A DNA stretch of 64,000 bases from the NCBI RefSeq assembly GCF_018350175.1, contig NC_058368.1, forward strand, positions 22,632,001 through 22,696,000. Direction: 5' to 3'. This DNA comes from Felis catus (taxonomy: Eukaryota). The notes under the pieces are model-generated. The model ran no database searches. It saw nothing but the letters and a program-made list of their open reading frames with translations, and was not told the DNA's origin. Position numbers and translations under genes: made by a program. Positions within the stretch are counted from its first letter, which is position 1. Each line of letters opens with the position of its first letter. Of the stretch, positions 23,812 through 35,769 are shown one piece after another.

Positions 23812-25476
23812 ATCCTTATAGTCCACAACGGTCTGACCTATCAGCCTGTCCTATGTATCTCTGCAACTTCATCTCTATCCCTGAGGACTTTCCTACTGCT
23901 ATTCCAGGCACCTGCCAGAATGTCCCCTGTCCCCTTACTTCCTCACTTCATTTGGGTCTCTGCTTAAATGCCACCATGACTTTCTTGACCTCCCTTTCTA
24001 AAAGGCCCCTCCCACACACACACACTCTACCCCCTTAACCTGCTTTATTTTGCTTTACAGTGTTCATCACCACCACTATTTCTTATAACATCATATATTT
24101 GTTTGTGAATCGTTGGACTCCTGTAGTATGTTGTGTAGACATCTCTAATTCATTGGGGTTCTGGTCACCACAGACATCGGCAGCTGCCCGTGTTCTTGTC
24201 CCACCCTTGGCTCCCTCACACGTTATCAGGAGCCCCACACTTAGGCCTGTGGATATTCCAGCTTTCTTGTCCATTCCCCGCCCCTGAGAACAGCTGCCCT
24301 TGACCACCGCTAGGCGGAACAGCTCCACAAATTGTATGCTCTGACACATCTGAGGAGGCGGCCACAAAGGAGTCCCCGGGGACATCTGGGTGGTGAATTC
24401 TCAAGTATCCTAAACACGCTATAGAGAGTGAAGTTGGAGGAGGTTAGTTCCACAGCCTCCCTGTGCGCTTGGGACAGGAAGTACTGGAGGAGGACCAGAG
24501 AGGGATCCTCCGATGCATGGTGTCAAGGCCAGTGGTTCCTCATGCCCACATCCGCGAGCAGTCTGCCTTCATGGACCCATTTCAGCCTCCCTTTCAGGTC
24601 ACGTTTCCTGTTGGTAGCTCTCTTTCTCCCTTCCCAGGCTCCGGTCAAACTGAACTGTTTATTCATCTCCCAAAATAAAAGGCACTATTTTAGGGCCTAA
24701 CAGTAGCATGAAATGGTAAGTTGTGTTGGATAGAAAACATCAGTTGCTTCTTTGAAGATAAACAAGGAAGGCTTTGTTTGTTTTGCTTGTTTAGAATTTG
24801 TTCACTGGACCTGGAACAGACCCTAAAAATCATCGTGATTCTTCCGAAGAAGTGCAGGCTCAGACGTGCAAAGGCTCTCAGTCCTGGCAGGTGGCTACGC
24901 AGCTGGTGCCACACCAGGCCTAGAACCTGGGACAGGGGTCTGAAAAGCTGCTAACAGTCCCCAGGGCCTGTGCACCTGACCCCACTCCACTAGGGTCCTC
25001 TGCCAGCCCAAAAACCACAGGAAAGACATGCTGGGTCTAGACAGGTCTAGGTCTCCTACAACCCTGGAAACCACTGATTCTGCCCCTGCCCCAGCCCTTC
25101 CCAGCCTTGACTCTGGCCAGGTGATAGGAGCCAGAACCACAAATCCTTCCTTATCCCATCTGTAGTTTCCACAAGTGACGAAAGTCTTGAAACTTGGAGA
25201 AAAATAAAAAAGTGTGACTTCCTCAAAAGTTCTGGGCTGCTGCCGCTATGAAGATGACGAGGAAAGGGGCTCCTGGAACTACTGTACAAATGTCCCACAG
25301 CTCTCCCACAATGACTGTGGCCAGGACAGTGTGGTGACGTGACCTTCACACCACAGAACCGGGGGTACGGCGGGTGGTTAGCTGTACTGGCTCTTCATGG
25401 GGCTGTGGAGAAGGGGCTGGAGCCAAAGCTGCTGCTCAGAGAGCGAGGTTCTTGCTGGGCCTGGAACTCTGTTTCT

Positions 25477-25702
25477 TTTTTTCAACGTTTTTTTGTTTTG
25501 TTTTGTTTTGTTTTAATTTTTGGGACAGAGACAGAGCATGAACGGGGGAGGGGCAGAGAGAGAGGGAGACACAGAATCGGAAACAGGCTCCAGGCTCTGA
25601 GCCATCAGCCCAGAGCCCGATGCGGGGCTCGAACTCACCGACCGCGAGATCGTGACCTGGCTGAAGTCCGACGCTTAACCGACTGGGCCACCCAGGCGCT
25701 CC
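25477..25702 (-). mobile_element. Young Can-SINE (SINEC_Fc)
   Basis: CpG-rich and near consensus; 15-bp TSD TGGAACTCTGTTTCT. Confidence 0.97.
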
Positions 25703-26462
25703 TGGAACTCTGTTTCTAATATTGGATTGACCCAAGTGGAAATTAACAGTGGACAAATATCACAACATTACTGTTCTCACCTTCAGAAAAGAAAAAACAA
25801 AACAAAACAAAACAAAAAACGCTTGAGAAACAAAGTCTACAGGCAATCATTATAGGTGTTCCTTCTCCTCCCCGAAAAATTCAGCAAACTGGCTAATGTC
25901 CAACTCATTAAAATAAAAGCAGTGGAAAAAATTTCACCCTGCACACCCAGAACTAAGTCTTGCCTATCAGGTTTTCAAGGAGCAGAATAAGATTCCTTTT
26001 GATGGTTAGAAAGATGAGTGAGGAGGGAAAACTCCCCTTTTCCCCCTCTACCTCTCAATCTGTAAACCTCAGGGAGGGAGAGGAGAAATCTCTTAAGACT
26101 TTCTTTTATTTTTAGAACAGTCTGGAATTTCTAAGCATTCCAGAGGCAGGCAGTCATTCACTGAGAAGGATCCACTAAAAAGTCTCTTTTTTTGGTACAA
26201 TTTGGCCTGATAACACAAAGAGATGAAATCTTACTATAATCCAACTTTCCAGGATGGCAAATGAAGGCATTTGTTTAGTGTAGAAACAGAAAGGATCCAT
26301 GACTTTAAACAAAAATGTAATCCTAAAAGAGCAGAGAAATAAATCAACACATTTTTCTAATTTGTTTTTCCTGACAACCTCGAGAAAAAAACAGGAATAA
26401 TGTCAGCCTGTTTTATGTGTAGCATGTTTCAGGCCACAGAGATCTTCTCTGGAACTCATAGA

Positions 26463-26686
26463 TTTTCTTTTTAAGTTTATTGATTTATTTTGAAGGTGGG
26501 GGGAGCGTGAGTGGGGGAGGGGGAGAGAGAGGGAGAGAGAGAGAAGCCCAAGTAGGCTCCATGCTGTCAGGCACAGAGCCCCACATGAGGCTCAATCCCG
26601 AACCATGAGATCACGAACCATGAGATCATGACCTGAGCCAAAATCAAGACTCAAATGCTCAACCGACTGAGCCACCCAGGTGCCCC
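26463..26686 (-). mobile_element. Can-SINE with an internal 15-bp tandem duplication
   Basis: Reverse-complement SINE; CGAACCATGAGATCA twice at 26599-26628. Confidence 0.93.
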
Positions 26687-28229
26687 AAGGACTTCTCTAA
26701 AACTCTTAAAGGCCTGCAGAATTCCTTGAAAGATGAGAATCAGCTCTGATTTTGAAGGAGATCTCAGTTGGTCCTGGATAACAAAGTGAATTAAGGAAAA
26801 TCAGGGCCAATTTCTTGCTGATTTTATTGATACACCAGTCACAGAAGTTTTACTCAGACTTTTAGAGACATTGACTTGAATCTAGCAGGTATATTCTTGT
26901 AAACACAAACCTGGGATTCTTAAAAAGTCAGAACTAGTATTAAGGGCATCAGGGAAAGTGTTTATTTTCATAATGCAAGATTAAACAGCAAGGAAGAAGT
27001 CAGTATGAATCATGTTTCTATTTAGGTCATTAACAAAGGGAAGGAATGGAAACAAAACTTGAAACCTCAGGAAATTTAGAAAGCAGCAAAGTTTATGCAT
27101 GGGAGGGCTCATTCTGTGATAAGACAAACAGATAAAAGAATTAGCCAGTGTAGTGGGCTGAATGGTAGCATCAAATGTATGTCCAGGTCCTAATCCTAGA
27201 GTCTGTGAATTTTTTAAGATGTTATGAATTTATTCTGAATCAGAGTAAATTGTGTTCACTGTGGCTCAATTCCTTACAAATCATAATCCTTGATAAACAC
27301 AGTTAAGCACTTTTAATGTTTATTCCTTACTTATAGTGGATACACAGCAGTTTATACACAAGGCAAAGCCAGCCTGGTTTACTGGGAGTGGAAGTGTGGT
27401 GAGGGGATCCTGCCATAGCCAGCTAGCAAGGGGTAAATCCACCTACACCCTCTAGGACCTCCTTCCTGCTGAGCCATCACTTGATGGTAAGGGGAGAATT
27501 TATAAACATGAAGTTTAACATGGCAGATGATGGAAAAGGACTCTTGAGAAAAATAGCAAATGAGCTACCAGAAAACCCTAAGGAATGTCCTGTTCTCAGC
27601 TTTCCCTGGGTCAAGTCTGAGTTTGAAGCTGGAGCTTTAAGAATTAACGTAGGGGGTAAGGGGCAGGGGACTCTCCTGATCTCCCAGCTCATGGCCAGGC
27701 TCTGTGCCAGAGCACCTGGGGCTCCCTGAGAGACCCTGTGAGCAATTTCCACCTAGTTCCAGGCAGAGCGGCAGAAGTGGTGGTGTTACCCTGATTTCCC
27801 TCTGTGCTTGGTCAGCCCAGGCACTGCTTGTGCCCAGGCATTTAAACAGCAATCACAATGGCAACAGGCTGAAGGCCTGTGCCTCCTCCTTTCACATCTG
27901 TACACAGAAGGATGACCCATCTTGAGCAGAAAACCTCAGGGACATTTGGGAAATAGAGATGGGGAGGCTGGGGACAAGGACAAGACAGGGGGAGATAGTT
28001 GGAAATGGACTGTCACCCCAGATGAAGACCTCCGAGCAAGACCATTCATCTGGTTCCTTTACCAGTGAGGCAGGATCTGAGGCCCACCTGGCAGCCTGGG
28101 GCTTGGGCTTGCTTACCCAAGCAAGTTCTGCTCCTCACCACCACCCCACTTCTCCTCTGCTCTCTCTGGGGTGGGGTGGCAGGTTCATCCCTAAAGGATG
28201 CATATCTCAGACCCCCAGGTCAGCCCAGC

Positions 28230-28565
28230 TTCTGGCTGGATTTGGAGTGTGGAAGAAGGCAGTGAAGAGGCAGGGTATTTCTTCTCATTCTCCCTTCCTT
28301 CTGATGGCAGCTATGTCTCCTCTGTGGCTCCAGTTCCTGCCTTTCTGACCCACCATGGCCCCAGATCCTGCAAGGAGACCCCTGGGCTTGGGGAAGGCCA
28401 TGTCCTCCCTTTGTCCCTGCAACCACCATGGTAATCACCTCCCATTGTAGGTCATCTCTGTGTTACCTCATGCCTCTCTCAGTCAGCTCCTCCATCACAG
28501 CATAAACCTTCCCTGTTGTAAATACTCAGAGTGGGCTCTGTGTTCCCGATTGGACTCTGGCAACT
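28230..28565 (+). mobile_element. ERVL LTR relic (LTR33/LTR16-like)
   Basis: 3' end GTAAATACTCAGAGTGGGCTCTGTGTTCCCGATTGGACTCTG resembles the LTR33-type terminus. Confidence 0.55.
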
Positions 28566-29909
28566 ACTCCACCCCAGCCATGTGAGCTGATGGATGGGCT
28601 TCTCTGATGAGCTCTTTACTCTATGAGGGGCATGTGTTGATCACACTCAGATGCTCCCACAATCAGCCACTAGGCATCCTCCATGGGCCCAGCCCATGCA
28701 GGCACTGCCACACACATATATCATGTACATTGCAATGACCCTTTGAGATATTGTCAGATGACACATAGCCTAAATAATGAGGTGGGCACATTTCAGAGAT
28801 GCTGAGTAATTATGCATCCTCCGACCATTAGCAATGTCTGGGATACAAACCATAGATCCCTTTGACATGATAAACCCATCTATCCATATTAAGTGATTTC
28901 TACTTACCAACAGAAATGATGGACTCTTCGTAGTATTACTGAGCTTTTCCACGGCACTCCCATTTATTTGGCACTGTAGTTTTCTTAGTTTCTCAGGCTT
29001 CTCTCCATTTCAACAGCCCTGAAAATGGGGGCAGAATGTTCTTCTTCAATTGGGCATGCTCAGTAGAATGAGCACAAGCTGATGGCCCAAGAAAACAGTA
29101 ACACAAAATGCATCATGCATCCAAGTATCTAAAGAGTACTTTACAATTGCTTTAATAGCTGGAGACCTCAGAATTCCACTTAGCCCAGGACATCTGAGTC
29201 ATTAGGGAGGTCACATGCACCAAGCCACTTAGGAACTGTCCAGAAGAACCAATTCACTTTGCGTTTCACAGATGAGCCATGAGACTCCTGTTGATGACTT
29301 CCCAGGGCCCAATTGGCACTACTTTCTGCTCCAGTGGGGAGGGAAAGATGCCCCAGGAGGAAAGGAGCTTTGGCTGGCAGTCTAACCTGGGCTCTGTCCT
29401 GGTGGAGTAGAGGGAGGTGGGTTTGGCAAAGGAGTAGATGCTGTAGAAAAACAAACAGATGGGAAACATGCAGTGAAGAAGGCATTCTGACATCTGAATT
29501 TTCCACACTCCAGGAATGTCAGTGTTTATAAATTCCTTCCCCTGGCGTACATAAAAAGACTCTTCTGTTTTGAACATGTTAGGTAATTAGGAGCCTGGAA
29601 GGATGAAACCCCAGGAAACCTAGTAGGATACATTAAGGAACCAGCTTGCTGTATGGCTGTTGTTTTTCCTCTCTGTATAGAAGAGTAGAAAAGAATAAAT
29701 GAATTTCTCCTATGGGCCAGAATTAGAAAAATCTCACATGTCTTTGTAGCACCACTGTCTATACGGCCACTGACACATAGTAGATACTTAGTAAATATAT
29801 GTGTATGGATGAAGAAAGAAATGAAATAATCTTGCCAACTTCAAAAAATACATCTTTATTTATTCTTTTTTTTTTTTTAATCCATTTGTCCAACAAACAT
29901 TAAGCAGAG

Positions 29910-30145
29910 TTGGGAATGCAAGCTGGTGCAGCCACTCTGGAAAACAGTATGAATGTTCCTCAAAAAACTAAAATAGAACTACTCTACGACCCAGCAATTG
30001 CACTACTAGGCATTTATCCAGGGGCTACAGGTGTGCTGTTTCGAAGAGACACATGCACCCCCATGTTTATAGCAGCACTATCAACAATAGCCAAAGTATG
30101 GAAAGAGACCAAATGTCCATTGAGGGATGAATGGATAAAGAAGAT

Positions 30146-30235
<90 letters not shown>

Positions 30236-30646
30236 GGAGTATTACTCAGCAATCAAAAAGAATGAAATCTTGCCATTTGCAACTACATGGATGAAATTGG
30301 AGGGTATTATGCTAAGTGAAATTTGTCAGTCAGAGAAAGACAAAAATCATATGACTTCATTCATATGAGGACTTCAAGAGACAAAACAGATGAACATAAG
30401 GGAAGGGAAGCATAAATAATATAAACACAGGGAGAGGGACAAAACATAAGAGACTTAAATATGGAAAACGAACAGTGGGTTACTGGAGGGGTTGTGGGAG
30501 GAGGGATGGGCTGAATGGGTAAGGGGCATTAAGGAATCTACTCCTGAAATCATTGTTGCACTATATGCTAACTAATTTGGATGTAAATTTTAAAAAATAA
30601 AAAATAAAATTAAAAAATACATTGTTGCTAAAAAACAAACAAACAA
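29910..30646 (+). mobile_element. 5'-truncated carnivore/felid L1 3' end with an internal (AT)n(AC)n microsatellite
   Basis: ORF2 C-terminal YDPAIALLGIYP..CTPMFIAAL; perfect 15-bp TSD AAACATTAAGCAGAG at 29895-29909 and 30647-30661; microsatellite at 30149-30233. Confidence 0.95.
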
Positions 30647-30810
30647 AAACATTAAGCAGAGCTGTGTCAGTCCACATAGGATGAAGATATACAATAACAC
30701 CTAAGATGTGGGTCCTGCCCTCAAGAGGGTCACTGCCAGAAAACAAACATTTCTGAGTACTTGTGCCAGTGGGGGCCAGTCCTAGGGCTCAGCGAACACT
30801 ACAGGTACCT

Positions 30811-31027
30811 CTTTTTTAAAAAATAAGTTTATTTATTTATTTTTGAAACATAAAAAGAGAGAGCACAAGATGGGGTGGGGTTGCAGAGGGAGACACAAAA
30901 TCCAAACCAGGCTTCAGGCTCTGAGCTGTCAGCACAGAGCCCGAAGTGGGGTTTGAACTCACGAACTGTGAGATCACGACCTGAGCCAAGGTCAGACACT
31001 TAACCGACTGAGCCACCCAGATGCCCC
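30811..31027 (-). mobile_element. Can-SINE
   Basis: Reverse-complement SINE head and T-rich tail. Confidence 0.93.
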
Positions 31028-31344
31028 TCTACTATAGGTAGTTCTGTGTGAATGACAGCCATTCTGGCTTTGAAGATTAGGATAAGATGTAGCTTCATCA
31101 GTTCCCTGCCATGGGAACTCCCTGGTGTTCCCCCTGATGTCCTGGTGAAGTAGAGACCCCCTCATCTGGCTCCCATCAGCTGGCTCCCATCAGCTCTTCT
31201 TCCTAAGGAAGAGCACAGCAGAAATGGCCTCTCAGAGGCTGTGGGGCAGGAGCTGGCTCTGGAGAGAAGTGGCTGCCCCAGATGGAAAGCAGGGCCTTCA
31301 TGGCAGAGGGAATCTTGGAGAAACACCAGGTACTCTGCAGGGAA

Positions 31345-31560
31345 CAATAGCCAGCCTTAGCTCCACTCTGCCTCACTACTTCCAGCTGTGTGTGTGTGTG
31401 TGTGTGTGCATGTAACTTACCCTCTCTGAGCCTCTTTGCTCCCTGTGAGATGATAACAATGATGTAGCAGTCCAATGGGGATTGTTCTGCAGAATAGCTA
31501 AGTTAATGCATGTGAAGCACTCAGCACAGGACCTGATAATACACCAGTATACAATAGTGG
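31345..31560 (+). mobile_element. MIR with an embedded (TG)n
   Basis: ACTTACCCTCTCTGAGCCTC..CTGTGAGATG..GTTAATGCATGTGAAGCACTCAGCACAG. Confidence 0.75.
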
Positions 31561-31738
31561 CTAAGTTTGGGGAAATGATGGAAAGAGGAATGGAAAATAG
31601 TACCTATTAGCAAGAAGCTGAAAGAATAATAGCTCGGATAAGACTTTCACAAAAATTATATATTTGATAGACTATAAACATTCCAAAGAAAAAACCAGAT
31701 GAATTAAATTCCTTTAGTGTTGATTATCTTCTAGGCCA

Positions 31739-32170
31739 GTGCGATGGTCAATTTTATGTGTCACCTTGACTAGGCTATGGTGGTTTGGTCAAACACCAAT
31801 CTAGAGATTGCTGTAAAGTATTTTTTAGATGAGATTTACACCTAAATCAGTAGACTTTCAGTAAAGCACAGCGTTCTCTGTCATGTAGGTTGGCCTCATC
31901 CAGTCAGATGAAGGCCTTAAGAGAAAAACTAAGGTTTCCCAAAGCAGAAGAAATCGTCAAAACTGCAAAATAGAAACCCTGCCTGAATTTCTGGCCTGCT
32001 GCCCTGTGGAATTTGGACTTCAGACATCATCACTGCTTAACAGGATTTCTAGCCTACCAGTCTGTCCCATGGGGTTCATTTGCAGGAGCCAATTGCTTAA
32101 AATAAATTTGTGTACGTGCATGCCTTTGTGTATCCTATTGGTTCTGTTTCTCTGGAAAACCCTACTATAG
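31739..32170 (+). mobile_element. MLT2 (ERVL) solo LTR
   Basis: GATGGTCAATTTTATGTGTCACCTTGACTAGG...TATCCTATTGGTTCTGTTTCTCTGGAAAACCCT. Confidence 0.88.
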
Positions 32171-33924
32171 AGGGAAATACGACAATTTTATGAGGAATCA
32201 GTAGGATTATACACAAGGGGAAAGACTTCATTTGTAACAGTTCTGTTTCGGGAATAAAGATTGATGGCATTTGAGGAAAGGTGAAAACTACCAAACAAAG
32301 CATGTATCTATTTGCAAGTTGTCTGTTTGGGGGCCCTTTCAGTCTCAGCTCCACAATGTATTACAGCAGGCTTTCCTGCGACCCTACAATTTCAAACAGA
32401 CCTCTTAAGAAATTCCCTTCTCTGAAAAGAGGAGGCAAAGCAATGTATTCATTCACTGTTTGGCACTTAGCAGAAACTGCCTGGCAGTTTAACGAATGGT
32501 TTATGCCTTCTCTCCAACTTGATTATAACCTTTCCTAGGTACTCTCAGCACAGAGTCTGCCATTCTAAAGATATAAGGTTCTCGATAAACATTGCTCAGA
32601 TTGAACTGAGTCAAATATGTCTTCCCATGGACCTCAGATTACTCCATTAGAATATATTAAACACCTATAAATGGCAGCATTCTAGGCAGAACCAAGGGGA
32701 TAGGTGATCATGTAGAGACTACTCTTACCTCTCTTACTTCCCCTCCCTCCATCCTGCTCCTTGTTCACTTGTACCTGGCCTCATGCCCAACATTTAGTCA
32801 ACAATTACCATGGACCAATGAGACACAAAGCCTGTGCTTGATGTCTAATGGGAAAGGAGAGGAGAACTCTAGCCTCTGGTTTCTTGGCCTCTAACTCCAG
32901 TGGCCACTTTCTCCACCCCACCTCCACCATCTGCCCCCTCTGGCATAGCCTTGACTCTGTCTTCACCGTTAAGCACACCATCTCCAAATTCTCTATTTCA
33001 ACACCCTGCCCATTCTTGGCCACCACCTCTTCACCTCCTGATTCACTCATTTGAGTTTCCCCACTCCAGCTACGCTTCAAAACCACATGGCTCTCTAATC
33101 CCCAGGACACGTGTGCATGCACTCACGCATGCATGCATACACGCACCATACACTTCCCTGGACTCAGAGCCCATGGTCCAGCACATCAGCCTCACTGCTA
33201 CAAACACCCTGGGCCTCCTATCTCTCCCGCCATTTAATTAACCTGGCAAAACCCCAACCCTCATTAAACCCAACTGTCTGCCTGCTACATGGCTGCATTG
33301 CAGCAGCAGAAACTGGGAGAAGAAAATCAAACAATCCTGCTGCATGTTTTTTTTTTTCTTAAAAAATGTATAAGATAGCTTTTAAATGGCCACATTTCCC
33401 TGGTAAATCAAGTCCCCTCTTCTCAAGGAGACTTTGTGGCAACTTCTCCTCCCTCCTCAAACCTACAGGAAACTTTTTTCTTCACTTTCAGCTTGCGACC
33501 TCATTTTATACTTCACTGAGAAAATACATACAATTAGATGAGAACTACCTCATCTTCCCACCACTGAATCAGAACCTGTGTGAAAACCCACAGCTGATAG
33601 TTTGCCTTCTCAACCTGCTCTTCTCCAAAGCCAGACCCCCTCTTGTGCTCTCCAGCCAATCACCTGTCCCTACTCAAGCTCTTGCCTCCTATGGCATAAA
33701 TTTCTTCCTCACTGGATCATTCCAATAACATATTGATTTGCCTCAATATGACCCATTTAAATAGATTCCTCAGTTCCATGCCCCTCTAGCTATTTTTCCA
33801 TTTCTTTGTTTTCCTTTAGAGCAAAGAAATTGTCTTTTTCATTCTATTCCCTCATCCTCCATTTTCTACACAACTTCTCCTCCCAGCCAGGCTCTCGTCT
33901 TCATCAACCCACTGAATGACTCTT

Positions 33925-34348
33925 TGTTTTTAAGTTTATTTATTTTAGAAAGAGAGTGAGAGTGAGTGGGGGAGGGGCAGAGAGAGAGAGAATCCCAAGC
34001 AGGCTTCATGCTGCCAGGGTGGGGCCCCATGTGGGACTCGAACTCATGTATCATGAGATCATGACCTGAGTTGAAATCAAGAGTTGGACGTTTGGGGCAC
34101 GTGGGTGGCTCAGTCGGTGGAAAATCCAACTTTGGCTCAGGTCATGATCTTGTGGTTCATGGGTTCGAGCCCTGCATCAGGCTCTGTGCTGACAGCTTCA
34201 GATTCTGTGTCTCCCTCTCTCTCTATTCCTCCCCCAATTGCACTCTGTCTCTCTCTCTCTCTCTCTCTCAAAAATAAATGAAAAGATTTTTAAAAATTAA
34301 AAAAAAAAAGAGTTGGATGTTTAACTGACTGAGCCACCCAGGAGCCCC
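33925..34348 (-). mobile_element. Older Can-SINE (outer), split by a nested SINE
   Basis: TSD ACCCACTGAATGAYTCTT at 33907-33924 and 34349-34366. Confidence 0.93.
34094..34307 (+). mobile_element. Can-SINE nested in opposite orientation inside another Can-SINE
   Basis: TSD AAGAGTTGGAYGTTT at 34079-34093 and 34308-34322, derived from the outer SINE sequence. Confidence 0.95.
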
Positions 34349-34544
34349 ACCCACTGAATGATTCTTAATGGGAATCCCAGCGACAGCTATTTTGTCAGCT
34401 AGAGGGGTCAGCTCTCTGCCAACATCTTCTCTGTCCTCAGAAGCACTGGCCATTGCCCACTATTTTCATGAAGCATGTTTTTTCCTAGGTTTCTTGACAC
34501 CACAATATCTTGGTTGTCGTCCTACTTGAGTGGCCATTCCTTTT

Positions 34545-35082
34545 TTTTTTTTTTCTTTTCTAATATGGAAAGTTTTAAATATGTCCAAAAGTCAACAGGA
34601 TAATATAATGAATTCCCATGCTCTTATCACTCAGTGTCAATTCATGACCAGTCTGGTTTCATTTATCTCCTACGTACTTCCTGCTCCCAAATTATTTGCA
34701 AGGCCCAGACATATTATTTCATCTGTAAATATTTCTGTATGTTTTTCTTTTTTTTTTTTTTTTAATTTTTTTTTTTCAACGTTTACTTATTTTTGGGACA
34801 GAGAGAGACAGAGCATGAACGGGGGAGGGGCAGAGAGAGAGGGAGACACAGAATCCGAAACAGGCTCCAGGCTCTGAGCTGTCAGCACAGAGCCCGACGC
34901 GGGGCTCGAACTCACGGGCTGCGAGATCGTGACCTGGCTGAAGTTGGACGCCTAACCGACTGCGCCACCCAGGCGCCCCTCTGTATGTTTTTCTAAATAA
35001 GGACTCTTTTTATAAAAAACATAACCACTCCATCATTGTCACACCTAAAAAAATTAACTATCCTTGATATCATCAAATATCA
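34545..35082 (-). mobile_element. Old L1M (L1MC-like) 3' end fragment
   Basis: CCAGACATATTATTTCATCTGTAAATATTTC...AAACATAACCAC..TCACACCTAAAAAAATTAAC pattern. Confidence 0.65.
34749..34979 (-). mobile_element. Young Can-SINE (SINEC_Fc)
   Basis: CpG-rich; perfect 15-bp TSD TCTGTATGTTTTTCT. Confidence 0.97.
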
Positions 35083-35476
35083 ATGGCTCCTTCCTTTTAG
35101 CTTCCTTTACTGGCTTCCCTTCTCTACCTGACCTCTAAATGTTTGAGTCTCAGGCTGTGTCCCCTGTTCTCTTCTCTTTTTATTCCACTTCCCTAGACAA
35201 TCTCATCCAACCATAGACCTTTGAATGTCATCTATATGTTTATGACTCCCCTGAGTTCCAGTTTTCTGTAGTCAATGGTTTAACTTAAATTTCTAATGAG
35301 AACGTCAACGTTGGTGTGACAAAACAACATCTTTGATTCTTTCTCTATCCACCCCTGGCCCCAAGCCTTCTCAACTTCCAGCTTTACCCACCCTAATAAG
35401 TGGCACTACCATCTATATTTTGCTCAGTCAGAAATCTGGCAGTTATCCTTGATTTCTTGATTTTGCTTCTAATTCA

Positions 35477-35760
35477 TGTAGTAGGGACTGCTCTTTGGTT
35501 CCAGTGTTTTCTGCTCTTCCATAGTAAGAGAACTTTTACCAGGCACATGTGCCCCCAGAATAAAGATGGCATTTCTCAGCTTTCCTTGTACCTAGTTGTG
35601 GCCCTATGACTTGGTTCTGGACAATTGGATGTCAGTGGAAGTACCAAAGGACCACTTTTTGTCTCTCCCTTATCACTTTCTCTATCTTGACATCTTGAAT
35701 GCAGAGGCTGCCTTGGACCACGAGGATGAGGGTCACACCCCAAGATGCCCTAATAGTGAG
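35477..35760 (+). mobile_element. Old MLT1 (H/I/J-like) LTR 5' part; 3' part resumes at about 37050-37135
   Basis: CATTTCTCAGCTTTCCTTGTACCTAGTTGTGGCCCTATGAC motif; AATAAACTTC...TCCTAACTAA downstream. Confidence 0.6.
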
Positions 35761-35769
35761 CTGTTAGTA

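Larger units (their letters stand above)
19380..24080 (+). mobile_element. L2 relic broken into pieces (about 19380-19957, 22839-22951, 23741-24080) by later insertions
   Basis: L2 motifs (GAGGTCACCAATGAC, CTAGAAGTCATTCTTAACTCCTCTC, AAATCAAATCACATC, TAAATGCCACC) resume in register after each insertion. Confidence 0.7.
32850..35476 (+). mobile_element. Long L2 relic hosting SINE and L1 insertions
   Basis: Pyrimidine-rich L2 ORF2-type sequence that resumes after each insertion (e.g. AGAAATCTGGCAGTTATCCTTGATTTC). Confidence 0.65.

Noticed and set aside
23187..23828. 213-aa ORF as a host gene
   Set aside because: L1 ORF2 C-terminus with a fortuitous upstream extension; the element is 5'-truncated.
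25770..25820. Second AG|GT junction on the minus strand (TTTTCTGAAG|GTGAGA)
   Set aside because: The acceptor is AAG rather than YAG, and the pyrimidine tract is a simple (GTTTT)n repeat.
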